A stretch of 64,000 nucleotides of DNA from an uncultured delta proteobacterium. GTDB lineage: Bacteria > Myxococcota > UBA727 > VGSZ01. Each line of letters starts with the position of its first letter. Position 1 is the stretch's first letter. Made by a program: the position numbers and the translations under genes. Shown in pieces: positions 1-8,964 of this stretch. Where the stretch lies: positions 448,001 through 512,000 of the forward strand of contig CAVZJB010000005.1 of NCBI GenBank assembly GCA_963775425.1, written 5' to 3'. The notes beneath the pieces were generated by a model. It was given only the letters and a program-made list of their open reading frames with translations. It was not told where the DNA came from and made no database searches.

Positions 1-105
1 TGCACCCTCACCTGCGACTTCGGCTGCCCCGCGGGGACGGCGTGCGACGACACCGCCGTGCCGGGGGGCCTGTGCATCCCCGTCGCCGACGACGCCTGCG
101 GTTGA
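1..105 (+). CDS. C-terminal fragment of a Cys-rich protein (5' end outside window)
   Basis: Frame 1 reads CTLTCDFGCPAGTACDDTAVPGGLCIPVADDACG then TGA at 103-105, with GC3-rich codons. Confidence 0.65.
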   Translation, partial: CTLTCDFGCPAGTACDDTAVPGGLCIPVADDACG

Positions 106-116
106 CGGGTCGCCGG

Positions 117-2414
117 TCAGAACGACGCTTTGGCGCCGATGGCGGGGATGAGCGGCAGGCCGAGGTGCGGCTGCGTGTCGGTAAAGTCGAAGTTGTAGAA
201 CGTGCCCTCGACGGGACGGCCGAACAGCGTGTTGACGTTCACCAGGTCGGCGTAGCAGTCGAGCTGGAACCAGTTGAACGTGGTGGTCCAATCCACGCGG
301 ACGTCGACGCTCTGAAAGAGCGGGAAATTGGCGGTGTCCTTGGGCGCGGCGCGCGGCTCGAAGCGGCCGGTGTCGGCGTCGAAGGCGGCGCCGCTGACGC
401 CGTCGTCGGGCATACCGGTGGCGATGCGGTAACGCGCGCCGACACGGAAGCCCCACGGCAACGACGTCTGCCCGACGACGCCGAGCAGGTGCGTTGTGTC
501 GAACGGCTGCCGGTACGTGTAGTCGACGCCGAAGGGTGAGGGCGCGTCGGTGCGCTCGTTGCGCGTGATGGAGTAGGTGATCCACGCGTACCACTTGCCG
601 GGCTTGCCCGCGCGCGCGAGCGCCTCGAGGCCGTAGGAGTGTCCCGAGCCGCCGCTGTAGACGGAGCGCTCGCCGAAGCGCGCGGGGACGGGGAAGGTGT
701 CGGCCTTGGTGGTGAGCTCGTCGCGCCAGATGTCGAACAGCGTGGTGGACACGGTGACCATGCCGAACAGCTCCTGATCGAAGCCGCCCTGGATGTGCAG
801 CGCCTGCTGCGGCAAGAGGTCGAAGCCCTCCGCGTGCGCCTCGGCGAGCTCGTCGGGATCGGGCGGGCGCGAGAAGCTGCCCGCCGCCACCTTCAACAAC
901 GTCCCCCAGTCGCCGGGCGTCACCTGCCAGCTCCCGGCGAAGCGCGGCTCGAGCGACACGTGGGGCTCGCCGTCGAGCATGTACGTCTCCACGCGCAAGC
1001 CCGGCGTGAGCAACACCTCGTCGAGGGGCTCCACCGTGCCCTCGATGTACAGGCCGGCGGTGCCGCGAAAGGTCTGCTGGTGGATGCGGTCCGCGCGCGC
1101 GAAGGACTCGAGGTCCACGGGGGAGAGCTCGCGCACGGGGCTGCCCGCGTGCGCGCCGACGGCGAAGAGGCCGCCGTAGGTGATGGCGTCGCTCCTGGCG
1201 GTGGCGTCGAGGCCGACGATGACGCGCGTGTGTCGCGAGCGATAGGTGAGCTCGTCCCTGAGCTGGGCATCGAAGGTCTCGGTGTTCTTGAAGCGCACGC
1301 CACCCTGCTCGTCGAAGGTCTCGCGCGCGTACCCGATGACGGGCGTGAACGTGTGGGTGAAGCCGCCGCCGATGTTGCGCTGGTAGCGGAGGCTCAAGCG
1401 ATGAAAGTCGCTGTCCTTGTTGGAGAGGAAGGGCTCGACGGCGCCGCGGCCGTCGGCGACGTTCTCCTCGCGATCGCCGGAGCCGAAGGCGAACACCGCG
1501 AGCTCCTGCCCGGGCGCCGGGTCCCAGTCGATCTTGAGCTGGTAGTCCCAGTACGTGGGCACGAGCAGGACGCCGTCGCCGGTGCCCGACGTGGCTCGCT
1601 GCGCGTTGCGGATGAGGTCGAGGAACGAGCGGCGCGCCGACGCACCCACGGCGAGGTTCGGGGCCAGCGGCACGCCGATGAAGGCGCCGCCGTCGATGAC
1701 GTCGGCCTTGGCCAGGCCGTGGACGTCGTCGGTGGGGAGCTTCTTGGTCTTGAGCGTGACGATGCCGCCGGTGGAGCGGCCGTAGCGCGCGGAGAAGGCG
1801 CCGGGCACGAGCTCGACAGACTCGACGAAGGGCGCGTTGATGACGCTGGTGCTGCCGACGAAGTGGTAGAGGTCGGGGATCTCGTAGTCGTCGACGAAGA
1901 CGGCGCTCTCGTTGGGCTGCGCGCCGCGGATGAACAACGAGCCCTGCGAGAGGAACACGCGGCCCATGCCGGGGAAGTTCTCGATGGCCTTGGCGGGGTC
2001 GCCGTAGGTGCCGGGGAGCTCGTCGACCTCATGCCCCTCGATGTGGTGCGCGCCGCGGGCGATGTTGTCGCGCGAGCGGCGCTCGCGCACCGTGGTCTCG
2101 CCGGACTCCTTGGCCACGAGGTAGACGTCCACCGACGTGGTCCCTTCGCGCTCGAGCTTCACGGAGAGGACGGCGCGCTCGAACCCGGGCGTGTCGACGA
2201 CGAGCGTGGCCTCGCGCGCGCGCGTGTTCTCGAACTCGAGGATGAAGGCGCCCTGGTCGTCGCTGACGGCGGTGACGTCGCTGCCGAGGACGTCGACCTC
2301 GACGGCGGGGACCGGGCGGCGCGTGCCCGCCTCGCGCACGGTGCCCTCGATGCTGCCGGCGAGCGCGGGCGACGAGGCCGCGACGACCGCGGCGGCGACG
2401 AGGAGGGCCTTCAT
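117..2414 (-). CDS. TonB-dependent outer membrane receptor with N-terminal carboxypeptidase-regulatory-like domain
   Basis: Signal peptide MKALLVAAAVVAASSPALA, GSIEGTVRE domain, plug region (LPGTYGDP...IRG...VELVPGAFSARYG), beta-strand-rich body, terminal Phe. Confidence 0.88.
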   Translation of the reverse strand: MKALLVAAAVVAASSPALAGSIEGTVREAGTRRPVPAVEVDVLGSDVTAVSDDQGAFILEFENTRAREATLVVDTPGFERAVLSVKLEREGTTSVDVYLVAKESGETTVRERRSRDNIARGAHHIEGHEVDELPGTYGDPAKAIENFPGMGRVFLSQGSLFIRGAQPNESAVFVDDYEIPDLYHFVGSTSVINAPFVESVELVPGAFSARYGRSTGGIVTLKTKKLPTDDVHGLAKADVIDGGAFIGVPLAPNLAVGASARRSFLDLIRNAQRATSGTGDGVLLVPTYWDYQLKIDWDPAPGQELAVFAFGSGDREENVADGRGAVEPFLSNKDSDFHRLSLRYQRNIGGGFTHTFTPVIGYARETFDEQGGVRFKNTETFDAQLRDELTYRSRHTRVIVGLDATARSDAITYGGLFAVGAHAGSPVRELSPVDLESFARADRIHQQTFRGTAGLYIEGTVEPLDEVLLTPGLRVETYMLDGEPHVSLEPRFAGSWQVTPGDWGTLLKVAAGSFSRPPDPDELAEAHAEGFDLLPQQALHIQGGFDQELFGMVTVSTTLFDIWRDELTTKADTFPVPARFGERSVYSGGSGHSYGLEALARAGKPGKWYAWITYSITRNERTDAPSPFGVDYTYRQPFDTTHLLGVVGQTSLPWGFRVGARYRIATGMPDDGVSGAAFDADTGRFEPRAAPKDTANFPLFQSVDVRVDWTTTFNWFQLDCYADLVNVNTLFGRPVEGTFYNFDFTDTQPHLGLPLIPAIGAKASF

Positions 2415-2460
2415 CCGGCCCGATCTAGCACCGATGGACGGCGCGGAGCACCCGTGGCGC

Positions 2461-2495
2461 TGATCGACGACCGGAGGGAGCGGCGGCGCTGATCG
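2461..2495. repeat. REP-like palindromic repeat, copy A
   Basis: tgatcgacgaccggagggagcggcggcgctgatcg; core CGACCGGAGGGAGCGGC shared with copies at 8929 and 14719. Confidence 0.65.
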
Positions 2496-2576
2496 ATGCC
2501 GGACACCGCGGAGCGTCGCGCGAGCCTTCGATCGCGGCGTCTGTATAGTGCGACGTCCCGCATCGAGGGAGAGACT

Positions 2577-4169
2577 GTGACTCTCATTGACTGGATGAAG
2601 CGCGCGGCGCGGCGCACCATCGACAACCGCCCCACCGACGAGAGCGCGCCCGCCACGACGTCGACGACCGAGGGCGTCGCGCGGCGCTACAAGAACATGG
2701 GTGAGATCGCGCGCGGCGGCATGGGCGCCATCGTTCAGGTGAAGGACCGCGACCTGCGGCGCACCCTGGTGATGAAGGTCTTCGATCCCGAGGACGGCAG
2801 GATCGACGACGGCAGGGTCGGCCTCTTCATCGAGGAGGCGCAGATCAACGCCCAGCTCGATCACCCGAACATCTGCCCGGTCCACGACGTGGGGCACGAC
2901 GCCGACGGCTCCCACTTCTTCACGATGAAGCTGGTGCGCGGCCGCACCCTCACGGACATGATCCACGCAGACACCTACGACCCGAGCGATCCGCGCTGTC
3001 TGCGCGAGGCCATCGAGGTGCTCGAGACGGTCTGCGACGCGCTCGCCTTCGCGCACGCCAAGGGCGTCGTGCACCGTGACTTGAAGCCCGACAACATCAT
3101 GGTGGGCGACTTCGGTCAGGTCTACCTGATGGACTGGGGCATCGCGAAGATCGTCCCCTCCACGCACGCCGAGGCCGTGACCATCGAGAGACCCGCGTCG
3201 TCGGCCATCGATCAGGCGGGGGCCATCGTCGGCACCCTCATGTACATGGCGCCCGAGCAGGCGCGCGGCGAGGCGGACGCCGTCGACGCGCGCAGCGACG
3301 TCTTCGGCGTGGGCGCCATCCTCTACGAGATCATCACCCAGATCCCGCCGTACTACGCGCAGAGCGTCGGCGAGCTCGTGTTGCAGGCGCAGTCCGCCGC
3401 GTGGCGCCCCCCGCAGGACGTGAACGGAGCGGACCTCGTGGTGCCGAGCGCGCTGTGCGCCATCTGCGAGAAGGCGCTCGCGGCCGATCCCGCGCAGCGC
3501 CACCAGAGCATCGGCGAGCTCCGCGACGACCTCGAGCAGTTCCTCGTCGGCGGCCTCACGTTCCCCACGCGCGTCGTGCCCGCGGGTGAATGCGTCGTCG
3601 TCGAGGGTGACGCCGGCGTCGAGGCGTTCATCGTCCAGCGCGGCTATTGCCGCGTGTACAAGGTGCACGACGGCGAGCAGATCGCGCTCGCCGACCTCGG
3701 ACCCGGTGACGTCTTCGGGGAGACGAGCGTGTTCGCCGACGTCCCCCGCACGGCGACGGTGCAGGCGCTCACCGACGTCACGCTCCAGGTGGTGACGAAG
3801 GAGGTCTTCGACAAGGACCTCGGGATGGCGTCGGCCATGGGCGCCTTCGTGAAGGCGCTCGCCAAGCGCTTCGTCGCCACCGACGGCGAGCTGCGGGCGC
3901 TGAAGTCGGGCGCAGCCCCGCCGGCGGCGGCGGAGGAGGCCGCGCCGGCGGTGAAGGCGCCGGCCGTGGAGACGCCTGGGGTGCAAGCGCCGCCCGCGGC
4001 GGTGGCGGCGACGAGCACGTCGAGCCCGTTCGCGCTCGTCGACGTCGCCGTGCGCCTGCAGGCGCTCTCGGACGGCAAGGAGCCGGGTGCGCTCCTCTTC
4101 GAGGCGCTCGCGCTCGGCGTGGAGGAGCTTGCGCGCCGGCGCGACGCCCGCCCGGCCGACGACGGCTGA
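2577..4169 (+). CDS. Ser/Thr protein kinase with C-terminal cyclic-nucleotide-binding domain
   Basis: IARGGMG, VMK, HRDLKPDN, DWG, YMAPEQ; then EGDAG...GDVFGE...PRTATV cNMP motif. GTG 2577 follows GAGGGAGA. Confidence 0.9.
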   Translation: MTLIDWMKRAARRTIDNRPTDESAPATTSTTEGVARRYKNMGEIARGGMGAIVQVKDRDLRRTLVMKVFDPEDGRIDDGRVGLFIEEAQINAQLDHPNICPVHDVGHDADGSHFFTMKLVRGRTLTDMIHADTYDPSDPRCLREAIEVLETVCDALAFAHAKGVVHRDLKPDNIMVGDFGQVYLMDWGIAKIVPSTHAEAVTIERPASSAIDQAGAIVGTLMYMAPEQARGEADAVDARSDVFGVGAILYEIITQIPPYYAQSVGELVLQAQSAAWRPPQDVNGADLVVPSALCAICEKALAADPAQRHQSIGELRDDLEQFLVGGLTFPTRVVPAGECVVVEGDAGVEAFIVQRGYCRVYKVHDGEQIALADLGPGDVFGETSVFADVPRTATVQALTDVTLQVVTKEVFDKDLGMASAMGAFVKALAKRFVATDGELRALKSGAAPPAAAEEAAPAVKAPAVETPGVQAPPAAVAATSTSSPFALVDVAVRLQALSDGKEPGALLFEALALGVEELARRRDARPADDG

Positions 4170-4197
4170 AAGGCTGACGAAAAAGAAGGCTCGTAGC

Positions 4198-4387
4198 AGC
4201 ACTCGGCGAAGCCGCCCACAAGGTGGCTCGCCGCGCGGAGTACGTGGCGAGGCACGGGTCCGAGCGGTGTTGTGATCCCGCTATCAGCGCACGTGGCGTG
4301 TTCGTGCGGGTCGTGTGCGCGCCGACGTGCCTCGATGCGACGTCGGCGCGGACTTCAGGGTGAGTTGCGAGTGCTTGGGCGCTCGGA
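4198..4387 (+). ncRNA. Candidate structured non-coding RNA (family not recognised)
   Basis: Nested helices plus a possible pseudoknot in a 335 bp gap between convergent genes; G-U pairs favour the + strand. Confidence 0.4.
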
Positions 4388-4504
4388 ATCAGCGAAGGCT
4401 AGACAACGTCGCCACCGCCGGAGCTCCTTCCGCTCCGCCGTGTGGCCGTAGCACCGTCCCCTTCCGGGTGGCTCGGATCCCGATGGATCACGTTACGCGT
4501 CCAG

Positions 4505-5956
4505 TCAGCGAAAGCGGACGTGGAGCACGCCGTCGTGCATCGACGCGGCAGGGGCGCGCGCGCGTCGCTCGCCGTCGAGCTCGACGACGACGCGGCTCAC
4601 GCCCTTCTTCGGATGCCCGAAGCGGATGCGCGCGACGGCGCCGCCCGGCTCGAGCGTGCCCTTGGGGAGCGTGCCGCCCTCGAGGTCGACCACGAGCCGC
4701 GACGGCCCCGTCAAGGTGAACACCTTCACGATCCGCGCGTCGCCCACCTTCACGGAGGCCTCGTGCACGGCGTCGCGCGGCGCCACCGTCTCGGCAAAGG
4801 TCTCCTCGCGCGCGCTCGCCTGCTGCGCGCTCGCCTTCTGCGCGGCCGCCACCTTCGCGGGCGCCGCCGTCGTCGCGGGCGCCTGCGCCTGCACCAGCTC
4901 GCGCTCGACCTCCGCCACCGGTCGCGGCGCCGTCGCGGCGGCGCGCTCCGGCGACACGGGCGCGGGCGGCGCCGTCGCCACCGTGGCGCCGCGCGTGTGC
5001 ATGCGTTGCCACCTCTTGCCCGCGAAGCCGATGCCGCTGCCGACGAGCGTCCCCGCGCACAGGAGCGCGAGCGCCGTGGGGAGCGCGCGGCTCGGCCGCT
5101 TGCGCGCCGGCGACGGCTGCCGCTCCTCGGCGATGGGGAGATGCCGCAGCGCGATGCTGCCCTCTTCGAGCTCGCGGTGCATGAGCTCCGGGTCCGCGCT
5201 TGGCGGCTCCGACGTGACGTCGAAGACCCCGTCGGCCACGCGCCAGGCGGAGTCGTCGTGGCTGGCGGGCGCGTCGTCGGCCTCGGCGATGACGGTCTCG
5301 TCGGCGGGGTCCCTCCGGAAGGTCCAGCCGACGAGGAACGACGGCGGCGTCGATGTCGGCCCGATGGTCACCGGCGCGGGCGACCCGAAGGGCCTGGTGT
5401 GGCGGAACACGCGCGCCTCCTCGGGGACGGCCAGCGGCTCGTCCTCCGGCAGCGACAGGTTCAGCGGCGGCTGCGAAAACGGCGGCAGCGACACCGCGAA
5501 CATGTCGTCGGTGGTCACGCGGCCGCGCCCGGTCTCCGCGAGGATGCTCCCGGTGATCGGCGGCAACGACGCCACCGGCGGCGGCAACGCTGCGGGCTCG
5601 GACTCCGGCTGCGTGTCCGCGAGCTGCGGCTGCACGAACCTGCGCAGCGCCGCCCGCGCGGGCGGATCGAGCGCGACGAACTTGAGGCCGACCCCGGGCA
5701 TGTTTCCGTCGACGGAGACGGGCTCGAAGGGCCGCACCCACATCACCTCGGCGGCGCGCACATGGACCTCGTGCGTGTCGACGTCGAAGCGCAAGGAGAC
5801 CCGGTCGCCCACCCGGAAGGGCTGGGTGGTCTGCAGAAAGATGCCGGTCTCGCTGACGTCGCTCCCCCACAGTCGCCGCGGGGCGGGCAGGCCGGCGGCG
5901 ACGACGTCGACCTCGGCGAAGTAGGGGGCGCGTTCGCTCAATCGGGCATTCGGCAT
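4505..5956 (-). CDS. PilZ-domain membrane protein with C-terminal AMIN-like domain
   Basis: RLSER (RxxxR) and DVSETG (DxSxxG) PilZ motifs, Pro-rich linker, one TM segment, C-terminal FTLTGPSRLVVDL...SRVVVEL. Confidence 0.8.
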   Translation of the reverse strand: MPNARLSERAPYFAEVDVVAAGLPAPRRLWGSDVSETGIFLQTTQPFRVGDRVSLRFDVDTHEVHVRAAEVMWVRPFEPVSVDGNMPGVGLKFVALDPPARAALRRFVQPQLADTQPESEPAALPPPVASLPPITGSILAETGRGRVTTDDMFAVSLPPFSQPPLNLSLPEDEPLAVPEEARVFRHTRPFGSPAPVTIGPTSTPPSFLVGWTFRRDPADETVIAEADDAPASHDDSAWRVADGVFDVTSEPPSADPELMHRELEEGSIALRHLPIAEERQPSPARKRPSRALPTALALLCAGTLVGSGIGFAGKRWQRMHTRGATVATAPPAPVSPERAAATAPRPVAEVERELVQAQAPATTAAPAKVAAAQKASAQQASAREETFAETVAPRDAVHEASVKVGDARIVKVFTLTGPSRLVVDLEGGTLPKGTLEPGGAVARIRFGHPKKGVSRVVVELDGERRARAPAASMHDGVLHVRFR

Positions 5957-6037
5957 GCGCTTGTCTCCTTCCGCCGCCCATGGTGCACGGCCGGAGCCGC
6001 AATCCGAAATTTTCTGCCGCCGTGCGATAACGGCCAC

Positions 6038-7363
6038 ATGAACGAGTCCAGCCACAACAGCTACATGGAAGAGGTCCTCCAGCAGCAACAGGTCGTCGCC
6101 AAGGAGCTCAAGCGCAAGGCGGCGCCGGTGGCGGGTCCGGCGCCGGCCCTGCGGCGGCGTGCGGCGGCGGCGCCCGCGGAGGAGGAGGAGGTGGCGGAGC
6201 GCGCGGTGCAGGTGCGCATCACCGGCTTGTGGCGCTGGCGCACCGTCATCGTGCCGCCCAACGTCTGGGCGGTGCACACGCGGCGCGGGCGCAAGGACCC
6301 CGTGCACATCGGGCTCGGCGTGAGCTTCCCGTTCAACCCCGAGACCGACACGTTCCTCGTGGCCCCGGCCACCATGCAGACGCTCGCGGTCAACGCCCGC
6401 TGCATCTGCACGGAGCGCCAGGGGATCCTCGTGCAGGCCTACGTGCAGTGGATCATCGAGGACTTCAAGTCCGCGTATCAGAAGATCGACTTCTCCGACG
6501 CCGACGACCCCATGCGCATCGTCAACGTCCAGCTTCGCGAGCAGGCGGAGGCGAGCATCAAGGACAAGGTCGCCTCCATGAGCATCGACGAGGTGCTCAC
6601 GGACAAGCGCCCGCTCATCGAGGAGCTCACCGCGCGCCTGCGGTCGGTGGCCGAGGGGCAGGGGCTCAAGATCGTCACGGTGCAGATCAAGGAAGCGGTG
6701 GTGTCGTCGACGAGGTTGTGGGAGGCGTTGCAGAAGCCCTTCCGCGAAGAGCAACAGAAGATCGCGCGCCTCGCCGAGCTCGACCGCGAGCGCGCGGTGC
6801 GCGAGCGGGAGACCGCCGACGCCGCCGCCGAGCACGAGAGCGCGCGCCAGGAGCAGCGCCGCCGCGAGCAGCTCGCCGAGCAGGACGAGCGCGCTCGCGC
6901 CCAGGAGCGAGCGGAGACCGAGCGCGTGCGAAACACGGAGCAGGTGCAGTTGCAGGCGCAGCTGGCCAAGCTCGAGGGGCAGCGGGTGAAGGCCAAGCTC
7001 GACGAGCTCGCGGCCAACGAGGCGCTCGAGGGCGCGTCGGCGGCGCGCGCGATGCTGACCCTGGGGCACGAGCTCGACCGGCGCGCCCGTCAGCACGACG
7101 CCGACGCCGCCAAGGCCCGCGTCGATCTCGAGATCCTCGCGGCCCGCAGAAAGATCGAAAACGAGGTGAGCGGCGCGCGCATCGACGAGTCCCTCATCAA
7201 GATGCTGCCCGACCTGGTGGAGAAGATGCCGGCGCCGGACAAGAGCGAGGTCGTGCACATCTCGGGTGACGGCGCCGCCCCCGACGGCGTGGTGGCCGTC
7301 GCCGGCCTGGTCAAGGCGCTGCGCGCGGTGCTCGCCAGGGCCCCGGGCAACGGAGCGACGTGA
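6038..7363 (+). CDS. SPFH/flotillin-like protein
   Basis: IVPPN, SIKDKVASMSIDEVLTDK...GLKIVTVQIKE SPFH signature followed by an E/A/R-rich coiled coil. Confidence 0.82.
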   Translation: MNESSHNSYMEEVLQQQQVVAKELKRKAAPVAGPAPALRRRAAAAPAEEEEVAERAVQVRITGLWRWRTVIVPPNVWAVHTRRGRKDPVHIGLGVSFPFNPETDTFLVAPATMQTLAVNARCICTERQGILVQAYVQWIIEDFKSAYQKIDFSDADDPMRIVNVQLREQAEASIKDKVASMSIDEVLTDKRPLIEELTARLRSVAEGQGLKIVTVQIKEAVVSSTRLWEALQKPFREEQQKIARLAELDRERAVRERETADAAAEHESARQEQRRREQLAEQDERARAQERAETERVRNTEQVQLQAQLAKLEGQRVKAKLDELAANEALEGASAARAMLTLGHELDRRARQHDADAAKARVDLEILAARRKIENEVSGARIDESLIKMLPDLVEKMPAPDKSEVVHISGDGAAPDGVVAVAGLVKALRAVLARAPGNGAT

Positions 7364-7365
7364 GC

Positions 7366-7560
7366 ATGCGCGTGACCGAGTACCGCGTGGTCGAGACGCA
7401 GGTCGTCACCGACGAGACCCTCACGCGCATCCTCAACGAGGAGACGCGCAAGGGCTGGGTCTTCGACGGCATGACCTTCGTCCCCAACGACGCCTCCAAG
7501 CGCCCGAAGATGGCCTTCGTCATCTTCGTGCGGGAGACCGAGGCCGAAGCCGATGCGTGA
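7366..7560 (+). CDS. Small DUF4177-like protein
   Basis: EYRVV...LNEETRKGWVF...FVRE pattern; coupled to both neighbours. Confidence 0.75.
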   Translation: MRVTEYRVVETQVVTDETLTRILNEETRKGWVFDGMTFVPNDASKRPKMAFVIFVRETEAEADA

Positions 7561-8153
7561 CCCCGCTGCTCCGAGGTGCGCTCGTGGCGGCTGATCCCCG
7601 TCCCTCGCTGACGCCGGCGCTGGAGGCGCTGCTCGACGACGTCGTCGGGCGCACGCCGGAGCTCGACGGCCTCGACGCCGGCGAGATCCTCGTGGTCGGC
7701 ATCGGCGCACACGCGCGCGCGGCGGCGAGCGTTCGCTCGTTCGGCGCGGTCGCCCGCAGCGTCGTCGTCAGCGAGCGCCGCCGCCGCATCGAGCTCGGCC
7801 TGCGCCCGCCGTTCTTCCTCGAGGGCGACGCCCCGCGGCGGCTGGCCACGCTCGTGCACGAGCTCCTGCACCTCGACCCCCGGGCGCCCGGGCGGCTGCT
7901 CGAGGAAAACCGCCACCGCGCACGCTCGCACGCGTCCCTCGAGCGCGAGGCGCGCGTGCTCGCCAAGCGCTACCTCGCGGAGAACCCGACCGAGCGCGTC
8001 CTGTGCCTCGCCCACGACGGCGAGGTGCTGCTGCGGCAGTGGTTGCACCGCCCGTTCGAGAGCACCGCGCGGCAGCGCTTCACCGACGCCGACCTCTTCG
8101 AGGGACCGATCCGCATCGCGACGCGGCGCGGCGCACGCGGCGGATGGTGGTAG
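7557..8153 (+). CDS. Putative zinc metallopeptidase
   Basis: HExxH motif (TLVHELLH); GTGA overlap with upstream stop. Confidence 0.65.
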   Translation: MTPLLRGALVAADPRPSLTPALEALLDDVVGRTPELDGLDAGEILVVGIGAHARAAASVRSFGAVARSVVVSERRRRIELGLRPPFFLEGDAPRRLATLVHELLHLDPRAPGRLLEENRHRARSHASLEREARVLAKRYLAENPTERVLCLAHDGEVLLRQWLHRPFESTARQRFTDADLFEGPIRIATRRGARGGWW

Positions 8154-8169
8154 GTTCGCGAGCGACGCC

Positions 8170-8907
8170 ATGCGCATCTCCGCCTCCGCCTTCGCTCGCC
8201 TCGCGGCCGCCTCCGCCGTCGTCGCGCTCGCGCCCGCGGCCCGCGGCGCGGAGCCCACGCGCGGAGCGCTGCAGGACCCGGTCCACGACTACAAGGCCAC
8301 CTGGCCCGACGGCACCCCGCAGGGCGTCGTGGTGTTCCTCCACGGCGTGTCCCTCCACCCGTTCGAGGAGGAGGGCGCCGGCATGGACGCGCTCGCCAAG
8401 GCCGCCACCCGCCGCGGCCTCGTCGCCGTCTTCCCCGTCGGGCGCCGCGTGTGCGACTGGGAGAAGCCCAAGGTGTACGAGCGCTGCTGGCTGCTCGATC
8501 AGGTCGACGACGAGATGCGCGACGTGCGCCGCATCGTGCGCGCCGTGGAGAAGACCGCGGGCGTCCACTTCGAAAAGCGCCAGCTCATCGGCTTCAGCAA
8601 CGGCGGCTTCCTCGTCGCCGGCGCGCTCCAGCGCGGCCTGCTCGACGGCTTCACGCGCGTGGGCATCATCGCCGGCGGCCCTGTCGGCGACGTCGTGCCG
8701 CCGCCGGATTGGCGGCTGCCGCACACGTACATCGAGGTCGGCAAGGACGACCGCTGGCAGCGCGGCACCACCAAGCAGCTCATGACCATGCTGTCGACCA
8801 CCGCCTACGACGAGTCCCTGCACTACCGCGAGGTGCCCGGCGGCCACGTCTTCGACGGCCAGCACGCCGCGAGCTTCCTCGCCTGGTTCTGGGACGACGC
8901 GGGCTGA
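8170..8907 (+). CDS. Secreted alpha/beta hydrolase (esterase-like)
   Basis: Signal peptide, VVFLHG, GFSNG nucleophile elbow, GKDD, GGH. Confidence 0.85.
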   Translation: MRISASAFARLAAASAVVALAPAARGAEPTRGALQDPVHDYKATWPDGTPQGVVVFLHGVSLHPFEEEGAGMDALAKAATRRGLVAVFPVGRRVCDWEKPKVYERCWLLDQVDDEMRDVRRIVRAVEKTAGVHFEKRQLIGFSNGGFLVAGALQRGLLDGFTRVGIIAGGPVGDVVPPPDWRLPHTYIEVGKDDRWQRGTTKQLMTMLSTTAYDESLHYREVPGGHVFDGQHAASFLAWFWDDAG

Positions 8908-8928
8908 GCCGACGATGGGGCCGGTAGC

Positions 8929-8964
8929 TGATCAGCGACCGGCGGGAGCGGCCGCGCTTGATCA
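8929..8964. repeat. REP-like palindromic repeat, copy B
   Basis: tgatcagcgaccggcgggagcggccgcgcttgatca between convergent genes. Confidence 0.75.

Noticed and set aside
4170-4504. RNase P, SRP, tmRNA or retron msr-msd identity
   Set aside because: Diagnostic sequences not found and no reverse transcriptase in the window; kept as an unassigned candidate
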